DNA of 62,824 nt, filler included, from Platydemus manokwari (lineage: Eukaryota): assembly GCA_037951405.1 (NCBI GenBank). It is 5 parts of 5 records of this genome, joined end to end, with 100 filler letters (N's around TTAATTAATTAA, not from the genome) between each part and the next. Parts side by side here need not be neighbours in the genome. Positions count along the whole stretch, not along the records: positions 22,831 to 32,427 come from JBBMOY011227765.1; positions 32,528 to 43,587 come from JBBMOY010943306.1; 3 more parts are not named here. The stretch is one strand, 5' to 3'. This document shows, piece by piece, positions 26,132 to 40,700 of the stretch. Each line of letters begins with the position of its first letter. The first letter of the stretch is position 1. A program made the translations under genes and the position numbers. The notes below the pieces were generated by a model. The model saw only the letters and a list, made by a program, of their open reading frames with translations, was not told the origin of the DNA and did no database searches.

Positions 26132-28688
26132 ATTTCCAAAACGGTCCAGATGACGGAAAGAGTTCGGCTGATTCTAGCACTCTTGATGATTCTATCATGC
26201 ATGGGAATGATTTTTTGAATTTATCATTTCCTGAACCAGAATTGTCGGATATAGATGAAAACAAGGTCACGGAAGTTATTGATTCTAAGAAGTCGATACC
26301 TGAAGAATCTACAACATATTTGACTATTGACAGTGATGCAACGGTTATTAATAATTTCATTTATTGTGCTTTTATTGAATTATCCATTGGAAATTCGTAC
26401 TTTTTCCGATAAAATTTGAATTATAGAATTTTTCATTTTTAATATTGAAATGGAATTTCTCTGCGAATAAAATATTTAACCATTTTCAATTCTAGTAGCG
26501 CCTATAGGAGCTTATCTATTTTGCGATATATTTTTCTTATAAATATCAACAAGTGTGTAAAATAAGTGCAGCTACAAACCGTTGATTTTGGATTTTCAAA
26601 ATATATTGCAAGAGTTTACAATAGGAAATGCGGTTTGTTTTCTCCCGCGACTGAGAGTTTGATAGAAAAAATCTGAACGAATATAAGCTTTCAGCAGCCT
26701 TTTGTTTATTTAAAAGTGACTGACAGCACTTAAACTGGTTAAATGCTTTTACAATAGAGTAAACATCTTTGAAAATAGTATATGATAAACCTTTGAAAGA
26801 AAATTGTCAGAAACTCATTTTAATATGAATAATATTATCTATTTACCAAATTAGAGTGAAACTAAATTGTGTTGCGATTTGTTGTATAATTGATAGGTAT
26901 CTATTTAAAATAGGTTTTCTCGAAATTTTTCCAAAAATTGTGTGACAGAATTTTATCTTAATGACAATGAAGTTTTTATGTGATATTGTAGCTTATTTTC
27001 TTTATAAGTTCTGTTCCTTTTTGTGGAGTACTGAATTTCGAATTTTATAGAAGACCTATATTGAATGAAGATTGCCTTGATAAGTTTTTATAAGTGCTGA
27101 AACTTCCCCTTTAAATATAATTTTAATCAATGAAATGAGTAGATTTTCACCTTTTATTTGCAACTAGAGTTGGTTAATTTTAATTATTTCTCAATGACTG
27201 ATAGGTTATTAATAATGAATATAGACAACGTTCAGCTACAAAAACAATACTGCTTTAGAGGTTACCGTTAAACGTTCGTTTCGAAAATTTAGGTCAAAAT
27301 GAAATTGATCTTCTCAACACATCGAGAATTATATCCCAAATGATGTTGATGGTGTTCTTTTTTTTCATAATTTGTTAAAGGGTAACCCACAATTATCTAT
27401 CGACAAGATTTTTTTTAGAGTTTAAATTGTGATAAATCAACCCAACTTCCCGATAATAACAAACTAGATTAAATTTTAAAGCTTAATTTCTGTTCCAGTT
27501 GGTTGTAAACTGATAAAAAATTGAATCAAGTGTTGTTATGAATTTCTGTACTTTGTCAGTTGGCTAATAATAATCTATTGTGTCACCCTGTTACTGGTGA
27601 TGAAAGATAGAAACAGAATGCCTGGATCCGACGTAATCAGAGTTTGAGACAAGGAAATAAGGTCGGTGGACATAATTGGAAAGTATTATTATCTATCCAC
27701 TAAGATTGAAAAGTATAGTCTTTTCTGATCCGATGAAACAATTAATTCGGATAAATACTGTTGTAAATTAGGCGAACTTGAAGATAAAAATTCGAAACAA
27801 TGATAGTCTTTCATCAGGATAAAGTTAGGCCCATCACTTCAGTGAAGACTCACAGATGGCTAATAGAGTTGAACCAAGATTTTCTTACTCATCTGGTGTA
27901 CTGTTCGGATCTTGCACCATCACATTTTTACTTGTTCCGATCTTTACAAAACAATTCGACTGGGAAAAATTAGCATTTCCTAATGTTATAAAAAATTTTC
28001 TTGAATTTTTACATCAGAGTTATCCGAATGTTGGCAGATTATTATAAAGGCTTTATTAAAAATTATGGCATTCATATAATTGATAAAATAGTGTCCGTTA
28101 CCCAGTTTTAGAGTTTGGTTCTCTATAAAATCGTATCATGACTTCTGCGATAACCTATTATTTGTTTACCTAGCATGTAAGATTTGAATTTCCTTCTTCG
28201 TGCGAACAATTTATTTTATTTTCTCTGTAAAAGACGATCAGAATTATTTTCTCAAATATTTTTTATTATATTTTTTGCTCCATCTTACCAAAATTTTCAT
28301 CTATTATTTTATTGTCTAGGATATTGATATAGATTTGAAAGAGTCGGAAAATGAAATTCGAGAACGTTCAGCGGCAGTTACGCTACTGGACATTAAATCA
28401 AAGGAACAAATGTTGAATAATACGGAATCAAATGAGCTTCTACCCGATTGTTCTGGTTTAGAAAATGATTTCCACTATCAAACGACTGATGGCATGTTTT
28501 TCGTTAAGTTTGTTGTAATAACCACTCTGATTTTGTTAATTGTCATGGTTACGAGCCTTTTTGCTTATTATTATTATCGATCAGCCACCATTGCAGACCT
28601 GAAGAAACAGAAATATTCATCGGAATGGAATAAAAACATAGATTTAGAAGCTATTAAACGATTCGTACTGCGCCATGATGCTCCTTAA
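26132..28688 (+). CDS. Putative orphan single-pass membrane protein, 3' part; candidate exons 26132-26343 and 28320-28688
   Basis: Acidic Ser/Asp/Glu-rich exon after a tttcag acceptor. Phase-0 junction is compatible with the terminal exon after tctag, which encodes a hydrophobic stretch FFVKFVVITTLILLIVMVTSLFAYYYY followed by RS. No recognised domain. Confidence 0.45.
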
Positions 28689-31600
28689 ATAAAAATTATA
28701 GAAATTTCATTTTTGTCTAAAGCTTTACGGATCTCTAATGTTCGATTTATATATACATATACAGTGTGGTATTAATTTTGCTTATTGTTGGTGGATCATA
28801 TTTATCTAAATAAAAGATACCAGCATTCCCTATGGGAGTTAATTATTTGACGGGATTTTATTTTTTTTGTTATTTTGTATTTCGAAATTTGAATGACATG
28901 TAATTTTCTTTTTCGGAACATACATATATATATCAGAAACAAGCAGACAAAAATAGCAATTGAGATATTTATTGAAATAAATATATTAATTTATGGATTA
29001 TTGATTTTATAGAATAGATTTATGAAATTAATAGAATTAAGAAACTATTAAGCTATTGTTAAACGCTTTTAAACGGGATTATTTAAATGATTTCTTTAGG
29101 CAAAGCAGTTTATTTTGAAAACCATTTTATGAATGAAACATAATTTGATCACATTTTTTCGTTTATTATTATTAGCTTTTGAAATAATTTTCACTGATCT
29201 GTTAAACTATTTTGAAATGAATTTGTGTTAAGCATATATATTATATTGGTTTGTGAACAATTCACTCTGTGAACCACTGATTATAGTTAAGGTCTTTAAT
29301 AATATATTGGTTCTGCTCTTCAGAAATTGGGTGTTCTTTCTTATTGACAGTTGTGATTTTCCTGCACCTTATATACTCCCAAATTTTTATCTCGTCTATA
29401 AGATTTATTTAAAAATACGATAAATCATTAAAATTTACATAGAATTAAAAATTGAGCCAAAAGATATTTTCTAAAAATTAAAATAGCATATTAATATTTA
29501 TAAAAAGATCTTACTTAAAAAATTAGTGTTAAACTCTCAGTTATAAAATTATAAAACTTATTAAAATTGCGAAAAGTAAATTTTAAATATAAAAATAAAG
29601 ATATAATAGAAAATTGGAGTATTTTTATTTGAGGAAGATGGAAATAAATTTGAAAATTTGTTTGAAAATTGATGTATTGACGAATAGATTTTTTTGTTCT
29701 GTTGTTAACATGACTTTGATTTGAATATCAAGAATGAAGAAATTTTGGCAACTAATATCATAAATTAATTTAATAACTTCAATTTGCACTCATTGATTTT
29801 TGAATTTCTTACTTTTACCGGCATTCATTTGGTATTATGGTGGTGCTTCTTGACATGTTTGTTTGTATCATGTAATTTAGTTTCCATAGCATTTCATTTC
29901 CGACTAATTGATGATTATTAACATTTTCTTTATTGTATTTTAATGGTAATAAAATTATTTCCTATCAGTTATTTCCTATTCAATGTTAAATTTCTTCATT
30001 ATTGATAAATTATTATTAAAGACTATTTTATAAAAGTTATTTATTCTTATTTAACTTCTTGCTATTGATTAATATTATACATATGATAATATAAATATAC
30101 CTTTTGAATAGGTTTTATATGATATACCAAGAAAAAGATTATTAAAGACTACATAAAGACCCGCACAATACTTTTATATTAATAATATTTAATTGATCTA
30201 TTTACAACTTTTGAACTCGATTCTTGACATTTAAAATGATTTTGTAGAATACGGCTTTTAATAAAGTAGCTTTAAACGGGTTATTTGTGTCATAGAAAAT
30301 GTGAAAATAGTACAATTAACAATATTTTACTTTAAGTTTTAGTCATTTTTTTTAATTATTTAGATGATTAAATTCTCTACAACACACATGTGCATCCAAA
30401 TATGTGAATTTTTTTTCTACAAAGCACCTGAAGTTTACAAAACTCCTGACTTTATAAAAGTTTTTCATAGCATTTGTCGTTTTCTTTTGCTCTTTTAAGT
30501 AAATTTCTGTAACGGAGAGTTCGTTCTGAACGCCTTCTGCTGGTTTGTTTAAGTAATTATTATAAATAATAATCGGTATCACAGTAACGGGTATCTCTTC
30601 CTCTCGGTCACCCTAGGTAAATGTTTGTCTTGTCGACCACTATATTGCAAAGATATTAAATGGCAATTGTTTATAATATAGAATCTGTAAGCCGTTACTA
30701 TTATTTAAACAAATTAATATATTTTGATATTAATTTATAAAATCTTTTAAATACAAATTTTTAATTCCTCACAGAATCTTTAATTAATATCTTCAGTGAG
30801 TTAAAAGCGCAATATGTGCTAAACAAAATTAGTTTTTATATGTTTTAGTTTATGATAAAGGCTATTGATGCGTATTTGTGATAATTGTTTTTCTCTACTT
30901 AACTTGATTTCTACAAATTATATTACCAAACGCACTATTCACATCTTATAACAGTCTCATAAGTTCTTATAACCTTCAACGTATGAAAAAAAAATTGAAT
31001 TGAGTGGGATATTGTTTCTATCGTCTATTCTATGCATAATAGCTCTTGCGGAATTAGTGGATTTACTTGTCTTACTCGAACTTTATTGAATTTTATTATC
31101 AATCTCTATTTTCTATTTATTTATAAACAAACTTAGAGTAAAAAGTCAATTCAATGACACTGAATGATTACCTCTTTTAATACAATAAAATGATGTCCTC
31201 GTACTCAACGAGGAACTGTGGGTAACTATATGGGCCATTTCCGAGCTAACTAAATAATTATAAATAATAAGGAAAAAAATATTTTAATAAAATAAAACAA
31301 AACCAAACATTTTGATAAAATATTTTAAAAATGTTAAATATGCTTTACCACATCAAATTTATCGACATCAAGGTCAATAGAAAAAATCTAAAAATAGAAG
31401 TCGGATCTTACCTAAAATAAGAATAACAGCAAAAGTTACTAAAAATAGCTATCTGGACTAAAAATATTAACTTATGCTTAACATAAACCAAAAATAGTAA
31501 CACATACTGTTCACCATTTAATGTAGCTAAACCGTGACATGGATCATGAAGCACAATTTAAAGACACAAAATTTTAAAACCACACATTTTTTGTACGATG

Positions 31601-32427
31601 AAGTAGAGGTCATTTTTGATTCGTTATTCAAGTACAACACTTTGAGTGCACAGTATGGTTATTGTATATTTTCTTGACAATTATTGAAGCGAAACTATCA
31701 ATACTCCTTATCCGTTTCTAGAAGAGAATTTTAATTATTTCAACCCAAATTATTCACGACACTTTGCAATGATTAAATTTTTTATTGTTATGATTATTAA
31801 CTTCATATCCACAGATAGTATTAGCTTTGCTGTCTCCTAAAATCAATAAAGAGTCTCATACTTGGTTACCCATTTTCTTTTTGTCGGATGGTCTTGTCCG
31901 AGCACCTAAGTGGTATCCTTTTTACCGTTATTTTGAGGTTCCTATTCTTAACCAATAATGCAAAAAATATATTAACTTCAAGTGTTAAAAATTTTATCTT
32001 AATTAATCAAATATATTTTATTGTTTTGTATCTTGTTATTGTATATTTTATATTTTCATTTTAAATATAATTTTGATTATTCTTACTCGAGGATTAATCT
32101 GCAGCAACAACCTTATCTGTTGGGATCCAGATAACTTAAAGATTTTTAAATAAACTCGCCTGATATATTTTATAAGTTAATCGATATATTTCTTCAAATT
32201 TTAGATTTGTGCCTTAAAATTAAATCATCATTCATCTCCTAGAAATTATCAAAATCTTTACCAGAACAACAACTTTTGTTTTTATAAAATATTGGGTCTA
32301 TAACTTAATAACCGGAATTTGACACCAGATGTAAACACTTGTGTGTGTGGTGTAGCAAATCATTAACATACACGTCATTTTGAAGCTCTATTCATAAGCT
32401 ATCAAAATCAGTCAACATTGTTTGATT

Positions 32428-32527
32428 NNNNNNNNNNNNNNNNNNNNNNNNNNNNNNNNNNNNNNNNNNNNTTAATTAATTAANNNNNNNNNNNNNNNNN
32501 NNNNNNNNNNNNNNNNNNNNNNNNNNN
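32428..32527. other. Artificial contig linker
   Basis: N44-TTAATTAATTAA-N44. Confidence 0.97.
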
Positions 32528-32892
32528 TAAAGATCACATCTTTTCAGATTCACTCCACTTAAATTATATTTATCATCGAAATATAGGCTTATATTTAAGG
32601 TTTATATCCAAATATAGAAAGAGAAAGTAAATAAGACAATAATAAGAAAAATTTACTATATACAAAATTCCGTTAATATTTACCTATCTAAAAATACTTT
32701 TTGATTTTTAGTTGTTTAAGCCCCAAGTGATTATTCAAAAAGTCCAATTAAAAGTGAAATTTTTAGAATAATTTTCCATTTTCTTAAAAAATTCATTATA
32801 ATGTTAGCATTACGTTATTTTGAGAAGCAATGGGTTAAAATCTCTAATCGCATATAACTAATGCCAAGGCTTATATATAGAAAGCATTTTAC

Positions 32893-32940
32893 TCTCTTGG
32901 GCGAATCTTATAATTACTAGTAGTCGCGCACACTGAATAC
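32893..32940 (-). CDS. Candidate 48-nt exon of PRPSAP
   Basis: GC-richer block bounded by tttcag and gtaaaa on the minus strand. Length is a multiple of 3 and it is open in phase 2 (EYSVCATTSNYKIRPR). Confidence 0.4.
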
Positions 32941-34408
32941 CTGAAACAATTAATTTATCGTATAACTAAAAAGATTAATTCAAATTTTAACTTTTCTTTA
33001 AAATAGTAAATCATACAGAATAATAAAATTTTTAAATTGATAGATTTATCTAAAATTAAACTCAATTTTATTAAATTCGTGTTATCATTCCAATTATGGT
33101 ATTAATTGATGGCATACTTCAACCGACAAGTCAGTCAATAAAAATCTGAATTGTTAAAATCGTTAAATATTCTGATTATACATTATTACAAACCAGAGTA
33201 AAGCAAAAAATGTAACGTAATATTAAATGTTTAGGATGTCAGGCCACCTGTTTAAATTTTCCTTTGTCAGAAATGAAATAAATACCTTTTTGGTGACATA
33301 GAAGATTCAATTTTGAGACAATTACAAGCAGCTTTGATTTCTTTTGATTCATTTTATAAAATCAGTAGGAAAATTTATTTATTTATTAATACATATTTAA
33401 TTAACGTTTTAATAAGTGGATTAAAAAACGAATTTTAGAGTTATTAAATTCAGTCAATTGAACTGTCGGTCAGTTAAAATAGTTACATTAATTGTAGTAC
33501 AATAAATTATAACAGTAGATGCCCGTTAAAATCTTTATTAAATAAAAAATGTCATTTTATGATAAATTAATAAAAGAAAATTCTATAAAAGACTATTAAT
33601 TTTTGTAACCTAAGAAATTAATTATTATTATTAAAGTAACAAAAATAATTTTATAAAACAAAAATTTCTAGGATAGTGTTAAGAACAGAAATAAATAATT
33701 TTTTAAAAAAACAAATAACTCGACTGATCAATGATTTTCAGCATAGATTCATAAATATAACTAGCCTAAAAATCTATATAGAGCAGTTTAAATATTTTAC
33801 ACTTAGATAATGTGTCAAACAAATAAACATTTCTGCCTAAAAAGAATTTGAAAACCAATTACATTTCATTAACATATTTTATGCGAACAATTATTTCGTA
33901 ATAGACCAAAATAGGTCAAAAGAAATAGAAAATTTGTAAGCCGAAATTTAATATTTTAACGGCATTTAAAATGAAAATCAAACAGATATATAGTAATTTA
34001 TAACTGTAATTATTAATTAATAAAATAATTTTTTTAATTGATAAATATTTCAGATATTAAACCATTGCTAATAATGTGAATTACAATTGACATTACTTAT
34101 TCCAAAGGGCTAATATATGTAAATTTTGATTAGATTATTCCAAATTATGATGATAAAATGTAAATTCTCGTAATTAAACTTTTATTTTGTTAGGGTAAAG
34201 TAAGTGGCAAAGCAATAAATCAACTGACTGAAAATAAAAATAATTTTTGCACAGATGCGAAAACAAATATGATCAATTGTCATGAAAACATTGATAAATA
34301 TATTATGAAGTAAACCAACAATACCATGTCAATAATAATACGCTTAAGCCAATAGATAAACAATCAAGCAAATATGGATACAATTAGTGTAATTATTAAT
34401 AAACTTAC

Positions 34409-34429
34409 TCTTTGTGCACCCGACCTGGT
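34409..34429 (-). CDS. Candidate 21-nt micro-exon of PRPSAP
   Basis: atttttag|ACCAGGTCGGGTGCACAAAGA|gtaagt: strong splice sites around a GC-rich, frame-preserving block. Confidence 0.55.
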
Positions 34430-34860
34430 CTAAAAATGCAATACAACTACTGTTTAATATCAATTTCAAATAATCACTTTAGAAATTATTCCAAATATTC
34501 TTGATATTTTTTGCAGAAAAACATTTATTTAAAATTATACAATATGAATAATGTTATTTTTGAAAAATCATTTATTCATTATATAAAATAATAAGATTAT
34601 ATTAAATAAAAATGTTTATCATGTTTTCAATAACATTCCTCTTTAAAAATATCATTTGGAAAAATTTATCCATTAAATTAAACTATAAAATCTTTACAGA
34701 TAGAAAGAAACATTCACGATATTCAATTTTTAAAATCTAGATAAATCAATATATAAAGTAATCTCTTTTAATCTCAAAAATTGATATAAATTAGCTATAA
34801 CAACTTTAACAAAACGATAGACCATAGAAAAATAGAACACATTATTAAACCAAAAACTAC

Positions 34861-36610
34861 TTTTTCTCATCACCCATCGGAGGAGAATGCCTTCCATCTG
34901 TATTTTCACTGTCTGACTGTTCTTCACCGTGAATTACAGCTAATGGCAATCGTAAACGTTCCGCATAAGATGTTGCTCTGTGAACTGCATTAGGATTTCG
35001 TGCAACAATAACAGCATTTCTATAATCTGGAATGCATTCCTCCACATATTTTATCAAAAATGGTGAAGCTCGCAAATTGTCTACCGGGACATCATAAAAT
35101 CCCTAAAAAGAAGTTGTTTATCGTGACAGAAAAATTGAATTAGTTTTCAAAATAATTTTGTTAATTTTTCATAATCAATAAACACAAAATCACAATAATA
35201 TATTATTACCAAACAATGCTAGATGATACGATTCCACTATAGCTGGGAAGAATGTTCGGTAAGTTATCAAGGTATTTGATTATTCAGATTATAAATATAT
35301 AAAAGTACTCAATTTTAATAATTGGACATAAAAATTTGATAAAAAGAGTTTAAAATTTTATAATTGTTATCGAATCCATATCATAATCCATTATCAACCT
35401 TACAGCTCATCAATACAATAATATACCCATTTGAGCAAATCATTTTGGTTGCTATTTGATTTTTCAAATCAATGATCCATTAAAGAAATATTTATTTGCA
35501 ATATCATCTTTATTCAAGTTTCATGTTGCCAAATTAGCATCACGAAACCTGAAGAAAAATGATTTCCCTGAAAATGATTTTTAAAATATGCTGTAGATAA
35601 TTTTTTTATAAATATAAAATTTTTAAAAATATTTAGATAAAGAATTATCGAAATATAATTAAACGCGTTATAAATAAAACCAATTATGTTGAGATATTTG
35701 TTTTGATGCTCCACATTTTCCAGAAATTCATTTCTGTACATCAATATTCAAAAATATCTCTTCTCAAATCTATCTTTCTATTTGTTTCGATCAATAAATG
35801 TTATTGTATAATACATTAGATAATTCGACAAAGTGCAAAACTAGTTGATTTGAAATCGATAGGGAAAATTCTATACCCGATTGACATTCACCATGGGCAT
35901 AAGAACATTTATCTATATTAAATTGATATTATCAATTAATGCTTACTACTTTCAATTTTAAATGATAAATATCGAAATAATTTTAACAAACTTTATTATT
36001 GAATTGTTGAAAACACTTTATATTCCAAATGTCAAATATATTTGTTATTAGCTAAATAAAAGTTAAACATTGAATTATATAAGTCTTGTTTCAAGATAAA
36101 ATTTTTCGTACAATATAAATGTTATATCTCATATATAAAATATAAATTTCATATTACTTGGATTTCTTTAGCATGTAAATCCATTGTTATCACTTTATCC
36201 ATTCCGGCTTTACATAACATCTTTGCCAATAATTGACTAACGATAGAACCTCTTTTTCTCATTTTCGATTGCTTACAATACGGCATATACGGCATTGCAA
36301 CAGTAATTGATCTCGCACAAGATGTTTTACATCCATATATCATTATAAGTAACTCCATTATATCATTATTTACACTTTTGGTACCAGTTTGAAGTATATA
36401 AACATCTCTACCTATATTCATCAATTCAGAAAATAATTGTTCAAGCATATCACCTCTTAAAGTCTCATAGATATCCACAGCAGTTTCTCTATTAGAATAG
36501 AAATAAACATTTACCTTGCCTAAAGACACATTTAAATGTTGAGCAACTAGATCGGCAAAGTCTTTGTGAGAATTTCCAGCTAATAAAACTAATCCTTTAG
36601 AGGTTTCCAT
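34861..36610 (-). CDS. PRPSAP: Phosphoribosyl pyrophosphate synthase-associated protein, 5' part; exons 36610-36454, 36411-36158, 35102-~34861
   Basis: PRPSAP-specific motifs [33 protein letters not shown]|[49 protein letters not shown]-terminal exons were not found before the contig end. Confidence 0.92.
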
Positions 36611-37789
36611 TTTTGTAAATGATTTCAAAATTCCGAACCGCAACAATAAAAGTCTGTTAAATGGCTTATCTAAAAGACCTAAAATTTAAAGAACAAATTG
36701 TAAGTCTCAAATAAAACAAGAAGAATTTTTTAACATTAAAAGCATATTATAATCATTTATTCAAATTCATATTAAAACCATTTAAACCAATGAAACTTTT
36801 TAAATAGCGAAAACTAATACTGTTGTAAAACAAAATGTTATTCCAACATCTCTACATAGAAGTGATAAAATAATTTCTTTCGACATAAATAGAAAGTAAC
36901 ACTAAAGATTAATACTTGAGTCAATTCTTATAATAAAAAAGCTAAGTTTTTGTCTAGGTAACATTTTAAAGGACAAACATATAGTTATCATGTTGATATT
37001 TGTCAGTTATTTAAAATTTTAACTTAAATGAATAAAAAAAATTTTCTGAAAATAATCATGCACTTCTATTCATTTTAATAAAATTCTTGAAGTTATTTCC
37101 AAACTTTAAAATATTTATTACTGTTATTTTTATTGATGTAACAAATTATGTTTACTGGTCTATATGAATAGGAAATTATTTATTTTAATTTTTTAAGATT
37201 CTTATGATTTGCCAAATTATTCTAAAAAATTATTTCATTTTTGTATTTTCGCAATCTAAATTATATATACATTATATAAGATTTATTAAGTTGAAAGTAA
37301 TTTAAATGAAACTAGCTCGAAAAACTCCAGAACTATAAAACATTTTTCATTGATTAATTCGCAAATACTCAAAAATCCGATAATAATTACTTCCATTCCT
37401 TAGAATTTAAAGTAAAATTATAAATGAATTTAAAACCCAAATAAATTCACTTGACATTGAAAATGTATATCGGGGAATTCTAAAAAAGTACTATGTTATG
37501 AGAGTTTTTTCAGCTAAGTGGACATTACGGCAATAGCAATTAATTAGTTACTATCAATAAAAGATCGCTCTGTCATATAATGATAATAAAGATTCAAAAA
37601 TAACTTAACCAGTTAGCTGGTGATTTTCAAAACTTATTGGTGCTTGGTGTTTTAAAATGTATAATTGACTCTCTGAATAATTTGTTACTTTTGTTATTTT
37701 TCCAGAATATTCGCAATTCAACTCAATCTCGATTGTTTGAAGCATATGTGGGTAAATTGAGGTTCAAATTTAAAAGGATTTTTTTAAGG

Positions 37790-40700
37790 TTTCGGGTGAG
37801 AATGAGAAGCCTGACATAAAGAAGAGCCAGTCATGGAAGAAGTAACATTGAGTGATTAAGAAAGGAATCGGAAAACCCAGAATGAATTAACCATTATTAA
37901 ACAATATAATGCTTATTATTACCCGAAAAAGAGGCGAACAGAAGATAGAGAAGAAAAGAAAATTAAGGAATGAAATATATTTAATTGTGTCAGAAAACCG
38001 GACGCGATAGAAAAAATGGAGTGAATTCAGTTAATAATGACAATATTAGGAGAAGAAAAAATTATAATAGGAACTCAAGACACCATAAGAACTGCTTAAG
38101 AAAAAAGGATATAAAAATAAACCAAGTATGAAGAAAGAGATGGCAATGTCATGGGTATTGAATAAGAATCTAAAAAGTGTTACAGATCAATATGATAAAT
38201 AAGGAAGATCCAGAAGAAGATAGTAGTGAAGATGAACTGCTAATAAAATTAAGGGAACAGAAACCCAATGTATCAATAGAAGTAGCAACAACAAGTCAAA
38301 ATTCAATAAAAAATAATAAGAATGAGCAACATTCCGATAAGTTAGCGGAAGTAGTGCTGATGATGACCAATACAGCACACCAGCAACAAATAATGATAGT
38401 CGTAATAAACGAGATAGACATCATACGAAGATTACGGCAGATGGCAACCGCAATGCGGTCATTTGCATCCCACAAACCACGTTGGTAGAACTCATACATC
38501 ATGGAATTTTCATGGAAGATGAATAAACCTGTAAGCATTATCTAATAAAAAAAAGAAGACGAAATGTTGTAGAAATTATGATACACCGAGAAGAAGGATC
38601 ATCATAGGAACCGCATTGAGCAAGAACATTTTTTGAATGGAGAGCCTTGGCACATCAAACAAGGAATTTACCAGAATTATCATGAACGAATAATGTATAT
38701 TGGATAATACTACCCACAACAATAACAAATTAACGAATAATAGATTTACATCTAGTATCAAGACAACATAGAAAACCATATGTAGAAAAATTAAGGATGG
38801 TAAAAAAGGGCAGAAATAAGATTTATACTAAATTTGGCATAGGAGATATGCTAAAATTACAATTTACAATAAGGGAATAAGAATGAGAAATGAAGATCCA
38901 GTAGAGAAATATCATTTAAATCAAACAGTTTTGAATCATTTAGGAGAGCTAATTTAGTATAAGGAATCTATTGAAAATGATATAAGGAACTATGCATGAA
39001 TGCAAATCAGATAGTTGAAGTGGATTTGGATAAAGAAAAATGCAAAATAATGGAAAAAATCAATGCAAAGAAATCAACGAGCTATAAATCATCAAATTCC
39101 AAATCAAAAGAATTTAATTCTGACGAAGATTTTTTAAAAGTATTATGGTTAATAACAAAAGAAAGAGATAGTCCATTAGATAGATTGGAAATAATGTCAA
39201 AGAATCAGTTGCAAAGGAGATAGAAAAGAAATATTTATATCTAAGATGCTTAGGTAAACAAAAACGTAAATATGCAAATAAAGGAAACCTGACGAAGAAA
39301 TAGGAATTTTTACAGGAATATATAAAATAGTAGATACAAATGGAAATAAAAGAATCATTGGCCTTAGAAAGCGATACGAAGAAAACAAACAAGAATCAAG
39401 AAACAATATCCAAAAAGAAGTAGTTTATCCATGTAAGGAAGAAGGATCTAGTAAAATAACGGAGGAATAAGACGTAACATTAGAAGAAATAGATAATGAA
39501 GTAGATAATGTAACAGAGTCAGTAGAAGAAAGGGTAAATATCGAAGATATAGCGGAAATACCGGAGGAAGAAACTAATGAAAGATATAATAATCATGAGG
39601 AATTGTTTCAATGCTTCAGGAATTGTTGAATGAAAGTCAACAAACACATACTGCACAACAAACTAACGTAGAAACCAAAGATAGAGATGTATCCACGCGA
39701 AAACCTAGAATTAGACCAGTATGGTAAAAAAACAAAGTAAAATATATAAAACCTACTAATGCATCAATAACTAATACAAATAATAACAGACCTAGCACCT
39801 GTAAAGTAAATAGCCAATATTTCAACAAGCAAGAAAACGATGTCAATAGGCAAGGTTATGAATATGAACCAATGGTGAATGAATTAGGAGAATGGAATTC
39901 AGCTGTCACTTCATCATTGAAAGAATTAAAGAAACCAGCACTAGCACAACCAACATACAGAACAGGACATACTGTAACATCAATGTCATTATATTAATAA
40001 TAATTGCCAGTTGCAAAGTTGCATTAGAAAGAGAAATATATCAGATACCAAAAGGATTTCAGGTGAAAGTAGCAACGGAACGAATAAATAGGTATACAGA
40101 GAATCAAACAGGATGGAGTTGAACTTAGATACACCAACAAAAACAGTAGATATAAGAATGAAGGAGATACCAATAATGTATATGGCAGATCAGAGTTATA
40201 GTGCAATGAGATTTGTGCACGAAGGAATCGATAAGAACTGTAAACAAAAAAAGTTATAGTGGCAAATTATAAAGGAATATATTTAAGTAAATACGAAATC
40301 AAGGACGATAAAACAACAGTAGATAAATAAGACATCAAGCTATTTGAATATTTTAACATAGTTTATACGGAAGATTTCAGGAAATAGGAGCCATATTTTC
40401 ATTATTTTTAGAAATATATTATATAGTGGTAATAATTAAAATAATATGCTCATCGATAATGACGGGGAAGATATTACAAGGAATATCTAGATGCCCATTG
40501 AAGACTTTTTGTTGTGTATGCCCACCAATAGCGAAACACAAGATGCTAACTCACAATAAAAATGAGTTAGGACAAATAAATGCAGATAGAAAACACCTTG
40601 AAGGAGTAGATATGTTACCGATGAATGAATTAGGAATGTACAATCTGATTGGAAAGGGAATATATGATCAAAGGATGATGAATCAACGATTGTATAGCCC

